Positions 12,401-25,595 are shown, counted from the first letter of the stretch. The stretch is 64,000 nucleotides of DNA from Mizuhopecten yessoensis (GCF_002113885.1 NW_018480043.1:200955-264954); one strand, 5' to 3'. The notes: generated by a model from the sequence alone, not told the origin. Numbers and translations are program-made.

Positions 12401-15400
12401 GTGTATCCACACCATTCAAGGCTCCTGGGGGCTATGAACAGATAAACAACTAAATATAGTGTATCCACAGCATGCACGCCTCATGGGGGCTATTAACAGA
12501 TAAACAACTAAATTTAGTGTATCCACACCAGGCATGGCTCCCGGGGGCTATTAACAGATAAGCACCTAAATATAGCGTATCCACACCATGAACGGCTCCT
12601 GGGGGGCTATTAACAGATAAATACCTAAATATAGCGTATCCACACCATGCACAGGTCCTTGGGGCTAATAACAGATCAACAATTAATATAGTGTATCCAC
12701 ACCATGCATGGCTCCTGGGGGCTATGAACAGATAAACAACTAAATGTAGCGTAATCAAACGGTGCACGGCTCCTCGGGACAAACAACATTTAAACACACA
12801 AAGGAGGACAGCGAGGACTACACTAAGGATGTCTTTCCATGGACCGCAGTAGCTGTGACAGTCTGTCCTCATCTGAGGAGCTGTCCGACCTCAGATTGTG
12901 ACCTTGATGGGCAGGACTTTTGAATCTAAGGGCCTGGTAAGCAGAAATTTACCCCGTCACGTCAAATTTATACACACAGTAGTGACCCCACACTGTACTA
13001 ACCAACCAGCTTATACACACAGTAGTGACCCCACACTTTACTAACCAACCAACTTATACACACAGTAGTGACCCCACACTGTACTAACCAACCAACTTAT
13101 ACACACAGTAGTGACCCTACACTGTACTAACCAATCAACTTCTACACACAGTAGTGACCCCACACTGTACTAATCAACAAACTTGAACACACAGCAGTGA
13201 CCCCACACTGTACTAACCAACCAACTTATACACACAGTAGTGACCCTACACTGTACTAACCAATCAACTTCTACACACAGTAGTGACCCCACACTGTACT
13301 AACCAACCAACTTATACACACAGCAGTGACCCAACACTGTACTAACCAACCAACTTCTACACACAGTAGTGACCCCACACTGTACTAATCAACAAACTTG
13401 AACACACAGCAGTGACCCCACACTGTACTAACCAACAAACTTCTACACACAGTAGTGACCCCACACTGTACTAACCAACCAACTTATACACACAGTAGTG
13501 ACCCCACACTGTACTGTACTGTACTGACTGGTCAGAAAAGACCTATGTGTGGTATTGCATATGAATCAAAGCATTAGTTAAATAGCATACGTTGAACATC
13601 ATATAGATTTCACGAGTATGGCAGAACAGTGATTTTTTTTTCAAAGAAACATGATGCAAATATTATTGCATCAAAAAAGGGTGGAATTAGTAGCGTAATA
13701 GTTGACATCAGGGTTTTAATGACATCACACTTGACAACGATTCTGTCATATGCTGCTATTATGATATTCTATTAAGATTTCAAAAAAAAAAATGATTTAA
13801 ATTGTGAAATTATGTGAACACCATAATTTACATTGTAAAGGTGTACCAAAATAATCACTAATTTTGTCATCGCTTCATCTGAACTTGAAGCTGAAAATCG
13901 ATGCAGTGAATAGAAAGTACCATTCTGACCTAACAAAACTGATAAGTGATATATCTTAACATGTTTAGATATAACATTTCATGTACCATAACTGCAGTGT
14001 ATGAAAATATAGTTTTTTATCAAAAAGGATAATTCCTGATATTTCACTGGTAAAAATGTAATAAGTACAGTTTATATCATACTGCATCATCAACAGAGAG
14101 TGAAATCCATTTAATACCGCACCTCAGAGAGTTGTGCCAGGACCTACATTGTATTATTGTGTAAACTTGTGATTGGGTAACATACCATGTTGACAAGGAC
14201 AGTGTTGCCGTTGACGATGGCCAGGTAGTTGTTGTTGTTGTGAAGGCGCACCTGGTTTTTCCCTTCGTTAATCACAGTCCAGACCGCTATAGAAAATTGA
14301 AGTATTCAACATTATCATCCTATAGGTTCATTGTTAAAATAATGTTTACATTGACATTTCAGTAATGGCTAATTACGTACTTCTGATGAAAACATGAAAG
14401 AATACCATTAATGATTACAATGCTAATAGCATGACATTGTTACAACAGGATAAGAACACAACCAACACTAAATATAAGATGTGTATCATCTATTACTGAT
14501 CTACAGTGTTTTCCCATCAAATTTTAACAACAGCCTTTTCCTATATAAATTGGGAAAATATAGCTTTATTGTTTTGAAACTGGGGAGATATATCTCATTT
14601 TTTCTTTGCTGATGAAAAAAAGAGCATTTTTTTATAGGGAATTAACATCGAAGCATCCAGCTGTATTCGGCTGTAAAAACGGCAATAAAATCACTGACCT
14701 ATGGCCCTTACTGACCACTGTAGTGGGTTTTTCTCCCCACTATTCCGTCTTTGCGTATTGCAGAGTTATCTTCTCTTGGGAGCAGGGATTGATTGTTACG
14801 TCACTTATTTATGAGAGTAACGTCATCAATTTTTGAGAAAACGACGTAATTTTCTCGCACAAACCAATGACGTAACAATCAATACCTGCTCCCAAGAGAA
14901 GATAACTCTGCAATACCAGAGACGGAATTCATTGACTCTCGGGTGTTTGCCCCTAAAGGTTAAATACTCACCATTGGGCACATTTGGTCCCTCTAGACCT
15001 GCCCCATCTACAACTAAATGACCAGTAGGAGCAGCCACAATCTGTAAGGTTCGGCCACTGGCTCGAGATATAAGCTGGACAATATTATTGGTCTTGAAAT
15101 GGTCCTGAAATTTAATTTTAATCATGATGATAAAACGACATACAGGATTTCTTACCAGATTTTCACATAAATATTATAAAATAAATGTGAAAATTGATCA
15201 TGAAAGTCAAACAACATTATTTAACAAAAAACGGTACTTTAAACACCAAAAAGATCCTGCTAGATAAAGCTGCAATATGATGACATAATATTACTCACAT
15301 TGAAATCTTATTTCAAAACATAAGCCGACATCTAAGGTAAATCCACTTCTTTTATAATTCTGAATTTTAAATTTTAATCAGAAATTTATTAAATTCCTTA

Positions 15401-16828
15401 CACATATATTTTGCTTTAAGCTGAATATTTAAAGCCTTTTGGTTTCCTTTACACCAATATAAATATCAGGTAAATAAATCCTAAACTTCAGTAAATACAA
15501 GAAAAATAGTAACTGTAACTGTAGTTCAGGCTACCACCCAGGGACAACTCCACTAATCTTATACCTGGGGCTAAAAGATTTCATGTTACAGCTAGTGAAA
15601 ATTTTCAGTATTTAATATGAATTTTATGTTGGGCCAGCAGAACTGTTTAGAATTGTTTGTGCACTCTATATATGAAATTGTACACTGTTGCTAACTATCT
15701 CTTGATGGACCATGTGACCTGTATATGGAGACCTGTCTAGTGAGAGACCAAATGTGAAAAGTTATGGGGTCACTTGCCCAACCATGTGGGTTGTCTTCAG
15801 GTGCTCTGGTTTCCTCCCACATTAAGACCCCCTGCGTGCTAACATCAGGGCCGGAAAGAATAATTAATATAAGTTGTAATAACTTGTTTCATAATTGATG
15901 TAAAATAAATAAAATTTATATTTGTTTTAGTAAGAGACCATGGGACCTGTCTAGTGTTAAGTAGTATAAGCAGTTTACCAATACTGGGCTGATAGCGTTC
16001 TGGTCTACATGCCCGACCGCCTTGTTAGCAACCCAGTTGATCTCGCGCTCAGTCATCCTCCCCATGGCGTCCACCTCCTTGGACAGGAACCCAAGTATAC
16101 CATGCTGGAAAATTAACCACACAAGGTTGATTTCACTTTGAAATATCTGACAATATCAAAAGAATCTTGCATAAAATATTCTTGGATGTTCAGACTCACA
16201 ACTGGGAGTATATTTTCTTAATTAAAGAATTATATAATATCATGTCAATCATAGATACCACAGCTAGGCTTCAAGTCTGAAATATTGTACATTTCCATCA
16301 CAAGCGGACACCATAGGGGTCAAGGGTCATGTCAAGGTTACCTTAGGAGTGTGTACTTACTGAGTTCTTCGGTGGTGGTGCGACCACTCGCTGCTGGACT
16401 ATAATGGTTGGCTGCCAAAAGAAATGAGGACAATCAATAAATGAACTGAGTAAAAATTACTGAATTCAGCTAGATTCCAGCGAGCGCTGATTATCAAATA
16501 ATAAATCTTCAATTTTATGAAATATATATTATATCTTTAAAAAATATCTTTTAATAAAGACCATATCACATGCACTTTGGGTAGATAGGTTACACTAATT
16601 TAAGTACTTGTTAAGTCCCTAATTCTAATCAAACAATAAGATAATAAGTCTGTGCTGTAATGCTAAATTTAACATTATGGCGCTACATACCCCAGCTGGG
16701 GCTGGGTAAGCTGGCTGTGGTGCGGCACTGTATGGGGGTGGCACTGGCCCACTGGGATAATAAGCTCCTTGAGGCTGCTGATAAGCTGGGGGCATGTTCC
16801 CACCAGGGTAACCACTTTTATCTGCCAT
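9499..16828 (-). CDS. Uncharacterised 257-aa protein: Pro/Tyr-rich N-terminus with PPxY motifs and a C-terminal probable beta-trefoil (FGF/IL-1/fascin-like) domain
   Basis: Coding exons 16828-16691, 16411-16361, 16104-15979, 15104-14972, 14286-14186, 10217-10035 and 9540-9499. All introns are GT-AG with consistent phases (0,0,0,1,0,0), total 774 nt, reading MADKSGYPGG...QLISRASGRTLQIV...VRLHNNNNYLAIVNG...YVGVIPSGQLK...QFGVRLIYSPYPPQAGLPRK*. The fold call is inferred from the strand pattern. Confidence 0.8.
10193..12780 (-). repeat. 58-bp minisatellite (~44 copies) whose unit is the splice acceptor plus the first ~25 nt of the exon at 10217-10035
   Basis: Minus-strand unit: ...ttagttgtttgtctgttaatAG|CCCCCAGGAGCCGTTCATGGTGTGGAtacgctatat. 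The real exon starts AG|CCCCCAGGAGCCGTGCATGGTGTGGAGAC. Confidence 0.95.
12968..13517. repeat. ~43-bp minisatellite (ACACACAGTAGTGACCCCACACTGTACTAACCAACCAACTTAT), ~13 copies
   Basis: Direct tandem repeats within an intron. Confidence 0.92.
14741..14929. mobile_element. ~190-bp MITE with ~60-bp terminal inverted repeats (copy 1)
   Basis: TATTCCGTCTTTGCGTATTGCAGAGTTATCTTCTCTTGGGAGCAGG... pairs with ...CCTGCTCCCAAGAGAAGATAACTCTGCAATAC...GACGGAAT. A closely similar copy lies at 42591-42780. Confidence 0.85.
15745..15915 (+). mobile_element. SINE remnant
   Basis: Contains 'caggtgctctggtttcctcccaca', resembling the conserved GGTACTCCGGTTTCCTCCCAC SINE core, followed by an A-rich tail. Confidence 0.5.
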
Positions 16829-17807
16829 GTTGATTATTTCTTGTGCTGAAAATGAATCAAAGATATATAGTGTTTAACAAAGTATATCAAGTGATACACT
16901 CATCCCTTCTGATCACAGCCGCTCAGCCTCATCTGCCAATACATCTAAAATAATCTATAATGCCGTGTTATCTATCAAGTGTATTGACAGGTGAGGCTAG
17001 CGGCTGTGATATACTTACACTGTACCACCCAATAGTGTTTTATTTTTACATGGTTGTGCAATGTTTGGGCAACTCTTTCAAACTTATAAAATAAACTTAG
17101 GTAGCAGAGTACAGTAGAAATGACTTGATCCTAAAAAATAAAGGGCATGTCTCAGATAAACATGGATAGCAGATTTATCCTGCACAACACACCTACATAT
17201 ATATATATTTATAAACTACGTTTTGAATACATTGTTTTTAGAAGAATTTTTTTTTTCAAAAAGTGTTTTCCCCAGATTAGCGACTTGTGAAAACCATGGT
17301 TAACACATCAAAAAATGCTAAAAAATGCCAAAAAACATGATTTTTAACCCAAAATTTGACCCATGCAAGTAGTATTTTTTTTCTTAAAACCTGTCTTAAA
17401 TGAATATCACATTTTAGCATAGGTCGTTCAACTGGATTTTTTTAAAATGTGAAGCCCACATAGTCCACTTCATCATGTATATGCCAATTTTAGTGTTTTT
17501 TTTTTTAAAAACTTTGATACATGTTATATAACATGGGTTATACATTGTACAAAAATATCACCCATGGCCACCGTACGCTACTGAACACTGCTACCTTACA
17601 CATGTTATTTCATTTTACAAGAATTACGAAACAAGTTTTTCAAACTTCTAGTTTGATTTGATTTATTTAGATAATTTTGACAATATTCATTTTTATTTAC
17701 ATAAATGAAAAATGTTAGGTATTACATCTGAGCTGGGTGTCAGACGTTTCGCCCCAAAACCGTTACGCCCAAAATTTGATTCATATCACCCCAACCAGTT
17801 CGCCCCA

Positions 17808-18350
17808 AAACAAGAGGCCAAAGGGGCCTGATTCGCTAACCTGGTATTAATCTTACACTTGTTATCTAAAATAATGCTACAGGCAAAATAACAGTAATTG
17901 ATTCAAAAGAATCTATTTAAAGATTAAAATATGTGACACATGTGACCTTGAAAGTCAAACAAGGATATTAACTTGAACAGACTTTATAGCCTTTCATACC
18001 AGCATGCTTCTGGCCAAATATTATTACCCTAGACCTTTAGATTATTTAGAAGTTGTTTGTACAAGTCAAAGTGGTTCATTTAACGAACGTATCACTTTGT
18101 CCCAGCATGTTACTGGCCAAATATCATCAACCTTAGGCCTCTTGGCTATTGAGAAAAAGTTGTTTTAAAGGTTTTAAACATATTTGACCCCTGTGACCTT
18201 GAATATAAGTCAAGTTCATTCATTTGAACAAACTTAGGCATTCATCCCAGCATGTTACTGGCCAAATATAAACACCACAGGCCTCTGACTTATTCAAAAG
18301 AAGTTGTTTATAGGTTTTCAACGTTTTTGACCCCTGTGACCTTGTAATTG
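17808..18350 (+). mobile_element. Interspersed element with internal tandem units (TGACCCCTGTGACCTTG motif), bivalve HINE/pearl-like
   Basis: Starts aacaagaggccaaaggggcc and contains repeated 'cccagcatgttactggccaaata' and 'tgacccctgtgaccttg' blocks. The family assignment is inference. Confidence 0.5.
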
Positions 18351-20184
18351 GAATTGGTTAACAAATATCCTGTGTGTGAAGATTTAATCGTGGAGTGCAG
18401 GCGGTCTTGTAACGTGTACCCTTGCACCCTTTAATTAGCATCATGTGTTATATGTCAAAATCTGTCCGCAACCAGAAAGTTGACTTAAAATCCTGACATA
18501 TTATGTCTCAATATACGTGTACATTCTACTTGTAAATTATTGTTATCATTATAATGCATTTATTCAAAAAGCTAAATTGTTTAAACAAGTGCATTAATAA
18601 AATTCACAACATGTGTATATTTACAAACGTGTTATTTTATCTACTGAAATGGTATTTATATGGTATAACTTTTGGTCGGATGTATACGATCTCAAAATAG
18701 TTCATTGAAATTTTGAATTACATTTAATCATAGGAATTCAGCATTTTTTCAATATTCAATGACTATTGAGAAAGTTTTGACTCCATCAAATGATCTTTGA
18801 TTCTGAAATATTAAAGAACATGTCTATTTGATATGTTTCATATCTTTGCTGTAACCAAACCATTACACATTGTAGTATCTTTTTAACATAATAAGCAACC
18901 CCCCCCCCCCCCCAAATAATTTTTCTTGTCCCCCTAATCCATAACTTACCAAATGACAAATAATGTCTATTATGGCTTATCTATATAATTTTGAAAGATT
19001 CAGCAAATATTCTTATTTTCCCAAATTGTTTTCAATAAATTATTGATACAGGCCTCACAAACAACTACATTTATATATAGCTATGTAACTAGTTTGAGGT
19101 ATACTAATAATTAGGAACCAGTATGATTTAAATTTGCATAAGTCATTTTAAATTTTTCAATATCAAATTCAAAAACATAACTTTAAAAGTAACAATCCAT
19201 AATGTATTCTGCCCAGTTACATTCACGTCCTTGTACATTTCAAACCAGCTTAAGCATTTTTGTTGTTCCTATTAGAAAATGTTAAATGGCTGACATTCTG
19301 ATATCTTAATATGTTTAGGGTAAGAACAGTAATTTTGCTTCTCAACTGATTAAGTCCGGGTAAAATACTTATATAATTATCATGTAATAAGAAGGGCAGA
19401 AACTCAATTGGCATATCATTCTGCCTATATTTTACTTTTCAAAAATTGACAGACAATCTCTTTCATCAACATGCAAACTGTAAGTCATCAAAACAATTAA
19501 TATTTTACAAAAACATTACCAGATCATTAAAACAAATAACAATGTAAAAAAAATATACCAATTGAGTCTTTGGGTAACGTGTTCCTAATCAGTTATATTC
19601 AAGCGAAACTGGCAATAATTACCGACACTTTCACACAAGATCAGATCAGACTGGATATTAGATATTCGAAACAAGAAATGAATAATTAATATTGACAAGG
19701 AAATAGTCACAGCTCTGATCTACATGTATATGTACATACATATGGGTAACTTCATATTTTAGAATTGTAATGATCACTCACTGGCTAGTGTTATATACTT
19801 ATTTAAACCCCTGGTATACCACAAACACTGGCCTCCCTGTCAGTTCACGTGAGTGTATGTACACAGACGTAAATAGAGACAGCTAATAATCAGGCTATTT
19901 ATTGTCAATTTCAAACACGTCTGTTATTTTTATTTTGCATTAATGATGTCCTAGCAACATAACAACTTAGAACTGTGTTAAATTTAACACTTGCGAAGTA
20001 ATGAAATGGGACAACTCTTTTGAAAATTTACAAAGATAAGATTAAAGACTCAAAGACTAAATACTGAAATGCACACACTTGTGCACACACTTGTAGGACT
20101 ACAATAGACTAAATAATGAAATGCATGAGTGTCCATTATTCAACATTCTTATAAAGTTATGATATCATAAGACGTCGACGTACC

Positions 20185-20457
20185 TGTGTAATCTTTTCGT
20201 GACTGTGACACTTCGCCTGACAACTTGGTTCTGATTAAATAATGCCTGATGATTCGTAGTCACAAGGCACAACAAATATCTACTTCCGCGTATTCGAACT
20301 CCTCGGATTTTTTCATACAATTATTGGACAATGACGAAAGAGGTACCGAATGACAAAAGACAAAAAATCTTAGACTTTTGCACGCTTAAAACTTGATAAA
20401 TATTACTACTGCAAATGCAAACGCACGGACGACTGTCAGTGTCCTCCATCGTCCATC
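20185..20457. promoter_or_regulatory. Putative bidirectional promoter between the beta-trefoil gene (-) and OAF (+)
   Basis: A minus-strand donor (cacag|gtacg) at ~20183 would end a non-coding first exon, and the OAF ATG is at 20458. The region is CpG-enriched with an ETS-like ACTTCCGC at 20282. Confidence 0.5.
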
Positions 20458-23400
20458 ATGGACACTTTGCTTGAGGTATTTCTGTTAATATCGTTTGTGT
20501 TTTTCCTACAACAAACAAGTTCTCAGCTGGTTGTCAATGTCAAAAACCGTGGAGGAGATGTTGTAATTGAAACCATCCAGGCAAATACATCGAACGACGT
20601 CGTTCAACTCCAGTTCCAGAACACGGATGGCACTATTGTACATCAGTTCATTGACTACAAGTCTGTAAGTCAATTAAAAACAAAACAGGATTGAACTCTT
20701 CTGACTTGAGAGCATATGCAGGAACTCCTCAAAACACATTTGTATACATCTATCTGTGAAAGATTTACCCAATACAACCCAATACAAGTGTCTATTTACC
20801 CAATACAACCCAATACAACCCAATACTACCCAATGCAACCCAATACTACCCAATGCAACCCAATTATGCAATACAAGTATCGATTTACCCAATACTATCC
20901 AATATAAAGTTAAATGTACCCAATACAAGTAACAATGTAGTGCGGACCTGGGTATTTTTTGGCAAGATCGTCGTTATTTGGAAATCCTTGATTCAACCAT
21001 TTCATTTCAAAATATTTCATTGTTAATGAAAACAAAGATAAATACAATTATTATAGAAGAAATATAACAATACATGTATTAACAAAGGGACGAGACAACA
21101 GGCTTAATCTATAAAGTCTTTTCCTATAGATACTGGTATTCAATCATTTTTATTTCATTAATGTATTGAAGTTATGGGTGGAAGATAGCTAGGACAATAA
21201 CGATTTTTTTTTATTTATTAACTATAATGAACGAGCACATATGCTCACGCACTTTCTACTACCATTCATAATTGGTATATTTTATATCGTTTGAACTTGC
21301 ATGTATAAAGATATTACTTATAAATTGAGGATAGTTCTTTATGGGAACTAGTATGATTAAGTATATTTCTATTAGTTTCGTTAGACATATCAACGACACC
21401 ATGACAACATGAAGATTTACAAATCCTAATAGATTATACACAAAGAAGATGTGTTGCCTAAAATACCTATAAAGAGGACATTCAAAGAAAAAGTGTACTG
21501 TTTTTTTTTCTATATTTTGCACCACATGAATAGGAACTCAAGCTATGTTTCATTCACGAATGGAACAGTAAACGAATGGATACACATTAGTGAAATGCTT
21601 TTCTTGATGAACCTCGCCATATATTTTTTCTTGACAACAATATACTAACAAGTAAACGATGTCTGGGAAGAGTGCTGGAATATTTCATTAGTGGTAGCTA
21701 GATAGGACAATAACGGACAAAACATCATTACAATCACTCACTCTCATATACTACCATTTGTACTTGTTATATGTTTTGTTGTATTGTTAGAACTTACATA
21801 TATAAAGACATTACATAACAATTCATATTTTTTAAAAAAAAGGGTCATTGACAATATTTCTGTTTGTTTCTAGAATAATGTATTGGAATATAGGAGATCA
21901 CGAGCAGCAACTAATTAAGCATCATAGTTATACTAGTATTTTGAAAACTTACGAATATATATATGTGTAAATATTTGTATTCAAGTTTCGTTGTTCTTGG
22001 TTTTTTAAAATTAAGTTACCATTTTGATGAAATTTTAACCTTTTATTATTTCTGGGTAATTGAATGTTCCATGTATATATTTAGTGTATGCCTATTTTTG
22101 TCTAAATAGTGATTGACTATTAGTTCTATTCATAATTGTACGTACACAGACGGACGGAGAGGAAAACTATAGTCCCCCCAAAAAAGTTGATAATTTCTGG
22201 CATCTATCTTTATGTACTAAAAATGATTCTTTTACAAACAACAAAGGACAGCATTTTACTTTCAGAGAATGATTACTCAGATTATTAATATATACACATT
22301 CTGCTAGGATACAAACCAGTTATTCTTTAAATTACAGTGATCAAATTAATATTTTATATTATAATAAGCACCAATTCTAATTGTAGGAGGCCCAAGTTTT
22401 TCGAGCTCATGTCCTGTGGGAAGAAGAGCAGGGATTTTCTCAGTACAAACCACAAGTCCTCTGTTTTGTAACTCGTTTTAACAAGAATGAGTTTATATCT
22501 GCAGATGCTATGTCAAAACTGCGACAGGTATGTACTCTCGTAGACATGGAAATTGGAATCCCACAATTCATCCTTGTTAGAACACAAGAGTAGTGCCAAA
22601 TAAGTAATACTTTTGTAAAATATACTGAATATTTTCTATATTGTTTTAATGAGTATTCCAATAAGTCGAGATGAATAGATATCAGTTATAAAATATTATA
22701 ATTTTACTCTGACTTTTTTGTTATTTTTGCTTATATAAAAAATATTTGTATTGTTCAGACTATATGATTCATCAGTTTCTATTGGTGATAATTAAAGTTA
22801 CTAACACAGTTTAATACCCAGAATTTTTACCACAATCACCACTTACTGTCTTAAAAATAACTACATTTATTGATGATTAATCACGAACATACAAAGTATT
22901 ATATGTGGTCATGCAGTATTGATCATATAACTTCCTAAAAATCTTGTTTTAACCCTTTCACTCCTAGGTAACTTTAGTAGACTCTACCAGACATCGATCT
23001 GGCTGAGTCCATTATAGTCTACAGTGGTGAAAGGGTTAAGATTTTTTAGTAGTTACAATAACCAATGAACTTAAGTGAGAATTTCCTGACGGTGTATCAT
23101 ATAAGTGATATCATTTGTATTCAACATACATCCGTATAGACTACAGGAACCTGGCTGTTGTTTGTTGTAGAAAAATCCAACAGCCATCCGTCAACCAGAA
23201 GAGGAACGCCCCCCAGAGTTACACACAATGGACACTCAGGTGTACCTGGACCGGGCAGGACTCATCTCTCCACATCTCACCAACACCTGTAGTGATGCTG
23301 CCGAATCCATCTACACCAAGGAAAGTGACATCAGACTCTGGGCCAGGGGTAAGTCATTTATAGTACAGTGATGTTGTAAACACCATCTACACCAAGGAGA

Positions 23401-24314
23401 GTGACATCAGACTCTTGGCCAGGGGTAAGTCATTTATAGTACAGTGATGTTGTATACACCATCTACACCAAGGACAGTGACATCAGACTCTGGGCCAGGG
23501 GTAAGTCATTTATAGTACAGTGATGTTGTAAACACCATCTACACCAAGGAGAGTGACATCAGACTCTGGGCCAGGGGTAAGGCATTTATAGTACAGTGAT
23601 GTTGTAAACACCATCTACACCAAGGAAAGTGACATCAGACTCTGGGCCAGGGGTAAGTCATTTATAGTACAGTGATGCTGTCAACACCATCAACACCAAG
23701 GAAAGTGACATCAGACTATCGGTCGGAGTCAAGCAATGAATAGTGTAGTGAGAAAAGACTAAAAGTAATATTTTAGTCACCTGTATTTGTTTCTTCCTTG
23801 TCTAACTACATGTAACTGTATGTGTGACCAGTATAGATGTTTGTTACAGGCCTTGGGAGGGAATATTTTCCCTATCATTTTGATCATGTTTCTTATTCAA
23901 GTAACCTCCACGAGGCTGCTGCCCTTCATGTGTGTATGATAGTAACAGAGAAGGAATGCTGCCTTCTTGTAAACCACAATTTTGTTGCTTTCTTGTCACA
24001 TACCTTTCTTTGTTGTCAGTGTTTATGTGGTGTTTGTTGCAGCCCCAGGGAGAGATGGCCTAATGGGCACTGTCCAGCGACTTTACCCAACAAAATACCA
24101 GCACTGCCACCTGGTGGAGGACGTCACCAAGCCGTGTCTGTGTACCTATAGTCTCACTGTGGGTTGGTACCCTTGTGGCCTGAAGTACTGTCGGGGCAAA
24201 GACTCTACCGGCAAATATGTTAGCTACCGCTGCGGCATCAAAACCTGTAAACGGCATCTCTCCTTTGACTATGTATCCAAGCAGAAAATGTTTTGTATGT
24301 GGGATGAGACCTAA
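20458..24314 (+). CDS. OAF: Out at first protein homolog, 265 aa, secreted
   Basis: Exons 20458-20664, 22387-22527, 23171-23348 and 24043-24314 (phases 0,0,1). Signal peptide followed by family-typical LVVNVKNRGGDV, EFISADAMSKLRQKNPTAIRQPEEE and WYPCGLKYCRGKD...YRCGIKTC...CMWDE. Confidence 0.93.
20765..20930. repeat. ~10-bp short tandem repeat (ACCCAATACA)
   Basis: Repeated in OAF intron 1. Confidence 0.8.
22949..23039. mobile_element. 83-bp piggyBac-type MITE with TTAA TSD (copy 1)
   Basis: TTAA|CCCTTTCAC...GTGAAAGGG|TTAA; homologous in reverse orientation to the copies at 30107 and 32837. Confidence 0.85.
23307..23735 (+). repeat. 76-bp tandem repeat (6 copies) containing the 3' end of OAF exon 3 and its splice donor
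   Basis: Unit CCATCTACACCAAGGAAAGTGACATCAGACTCTGGGCCAGGG|GTAAGTcatttatagtacagtgatgttgtaaaca, starting at 23307, 23383, 23459, 23535, 23611 and 23687. Confidence 0.95.
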
Positions 24315-25595
24315 TAGAACGGGGAAAAATACATAGTGATTGAAACGTCAAAGACAAGGTAAAGTACTTACCTGTTACATTTCTAATGGACAGATAGGTA
24401 GCCTGACCAAGAACTCCCAAACAGTCTCGGCGACTTAATGGTTTGCACACGAGAGCGCCACTGGTTTTGTCGATGACAGTGTATACAGTAATGATCGATT
24501 GGTTTCAGTGTTAGCCCTGCATGTTTTCATATAAAGGGTCCTATTCAGTGTAAGCAGGGTCCTAATGGAAATTGCATACCAGCTGACGTTATCCCTTCAC
24601 TGCAGGAAAAAAAACAGTTTGGCCAGTGCAACTTTTTGCCGTTTACATTTAATTACTAAATAGTGTACGAGCTGTAAAATTATTCACTCTCATGAATAAG
24701 ATACCTTCATTGCTCAGTCTGAAAAAAGTGAAAGTGAAACTGCAGTGGATATTTCCCTGTGAAAAGTAGTTACAGTGATTTAAATGAAACATTATGAGCT
24801 ATTTTTGAGTTCTTTCCTCAAAAGGACATGAAGAGGAATAAATGCAAAACCTGAGTTTTTTTGTTTTTTTTAGAAAGGGACCATAGATGCTAAGTTAACT
24901 CCCTATGACTGTACCCAAATATAGAGACTTTCCTGGATTACAGAATTAATATGCCTAGATAACAGGTTTCAGAGATCATGCTAGCCCTCAGTATCTGTAG
25001 AATAACTATGCAGACCCTCCTGGGTCAACTGATGTGCAGGTAGAGAAACAATGATATAAGGTCGATAATAGAGTGTGTGTAACCTCGTAGATTATGTGAG
25101 AGGTTTTGTATTATACCGAACGATTACAGAGCAGTAGTTGTCATATCTACAGTGCTTTCATTAGTTATGTTGTGTTTGTTTACAATGTGAGAATGATCTT
25201 CAGTCCTATGTTCATATTTGTGACAGTGTAGTATTCTTTGTTTATAGTTGTAACATTATATACAATTTGTATCATTTTATCAAGTTTTATACCAGAAAGA
25301 TGTTATCCAGATAAAAATCCAGTGATGTACATGTACTTTATAGTTACATTTCTGAGGCTGACAGTCTCCAAAATCAACAGATAAGCACACAAAGTCATTT
25401 TCATGTTGTAGTTTTGTACATTTTACATTTTGTTTTAGTATAACGTTATAAATTATTATTTGCATGAATAAAATTTTCATAAAACATTTTTGATGTTATT
25501 CTGAATTTTCTATAGCTGTCTTTTCATAAAAAATCTGTTTCACATGCAAGAGACATATAATTACTGCCATACTTGGTTGTAAGACATACCATGTG

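Noticed and set aside
10193-12780. CRISPR-like regular array
   Set aside because: There are no unique spacers (contiguous tandem units), the context is a eukaryotic intron, and no cas genes are present. The same applies to all other arrays.
12968-13517. The 43-bp array as another splice-site-anchored repeat
   Set aside because: The unit does not match any reconstructed exon edge; it stops about 30 bp short of the candidate acceptor at 12934.
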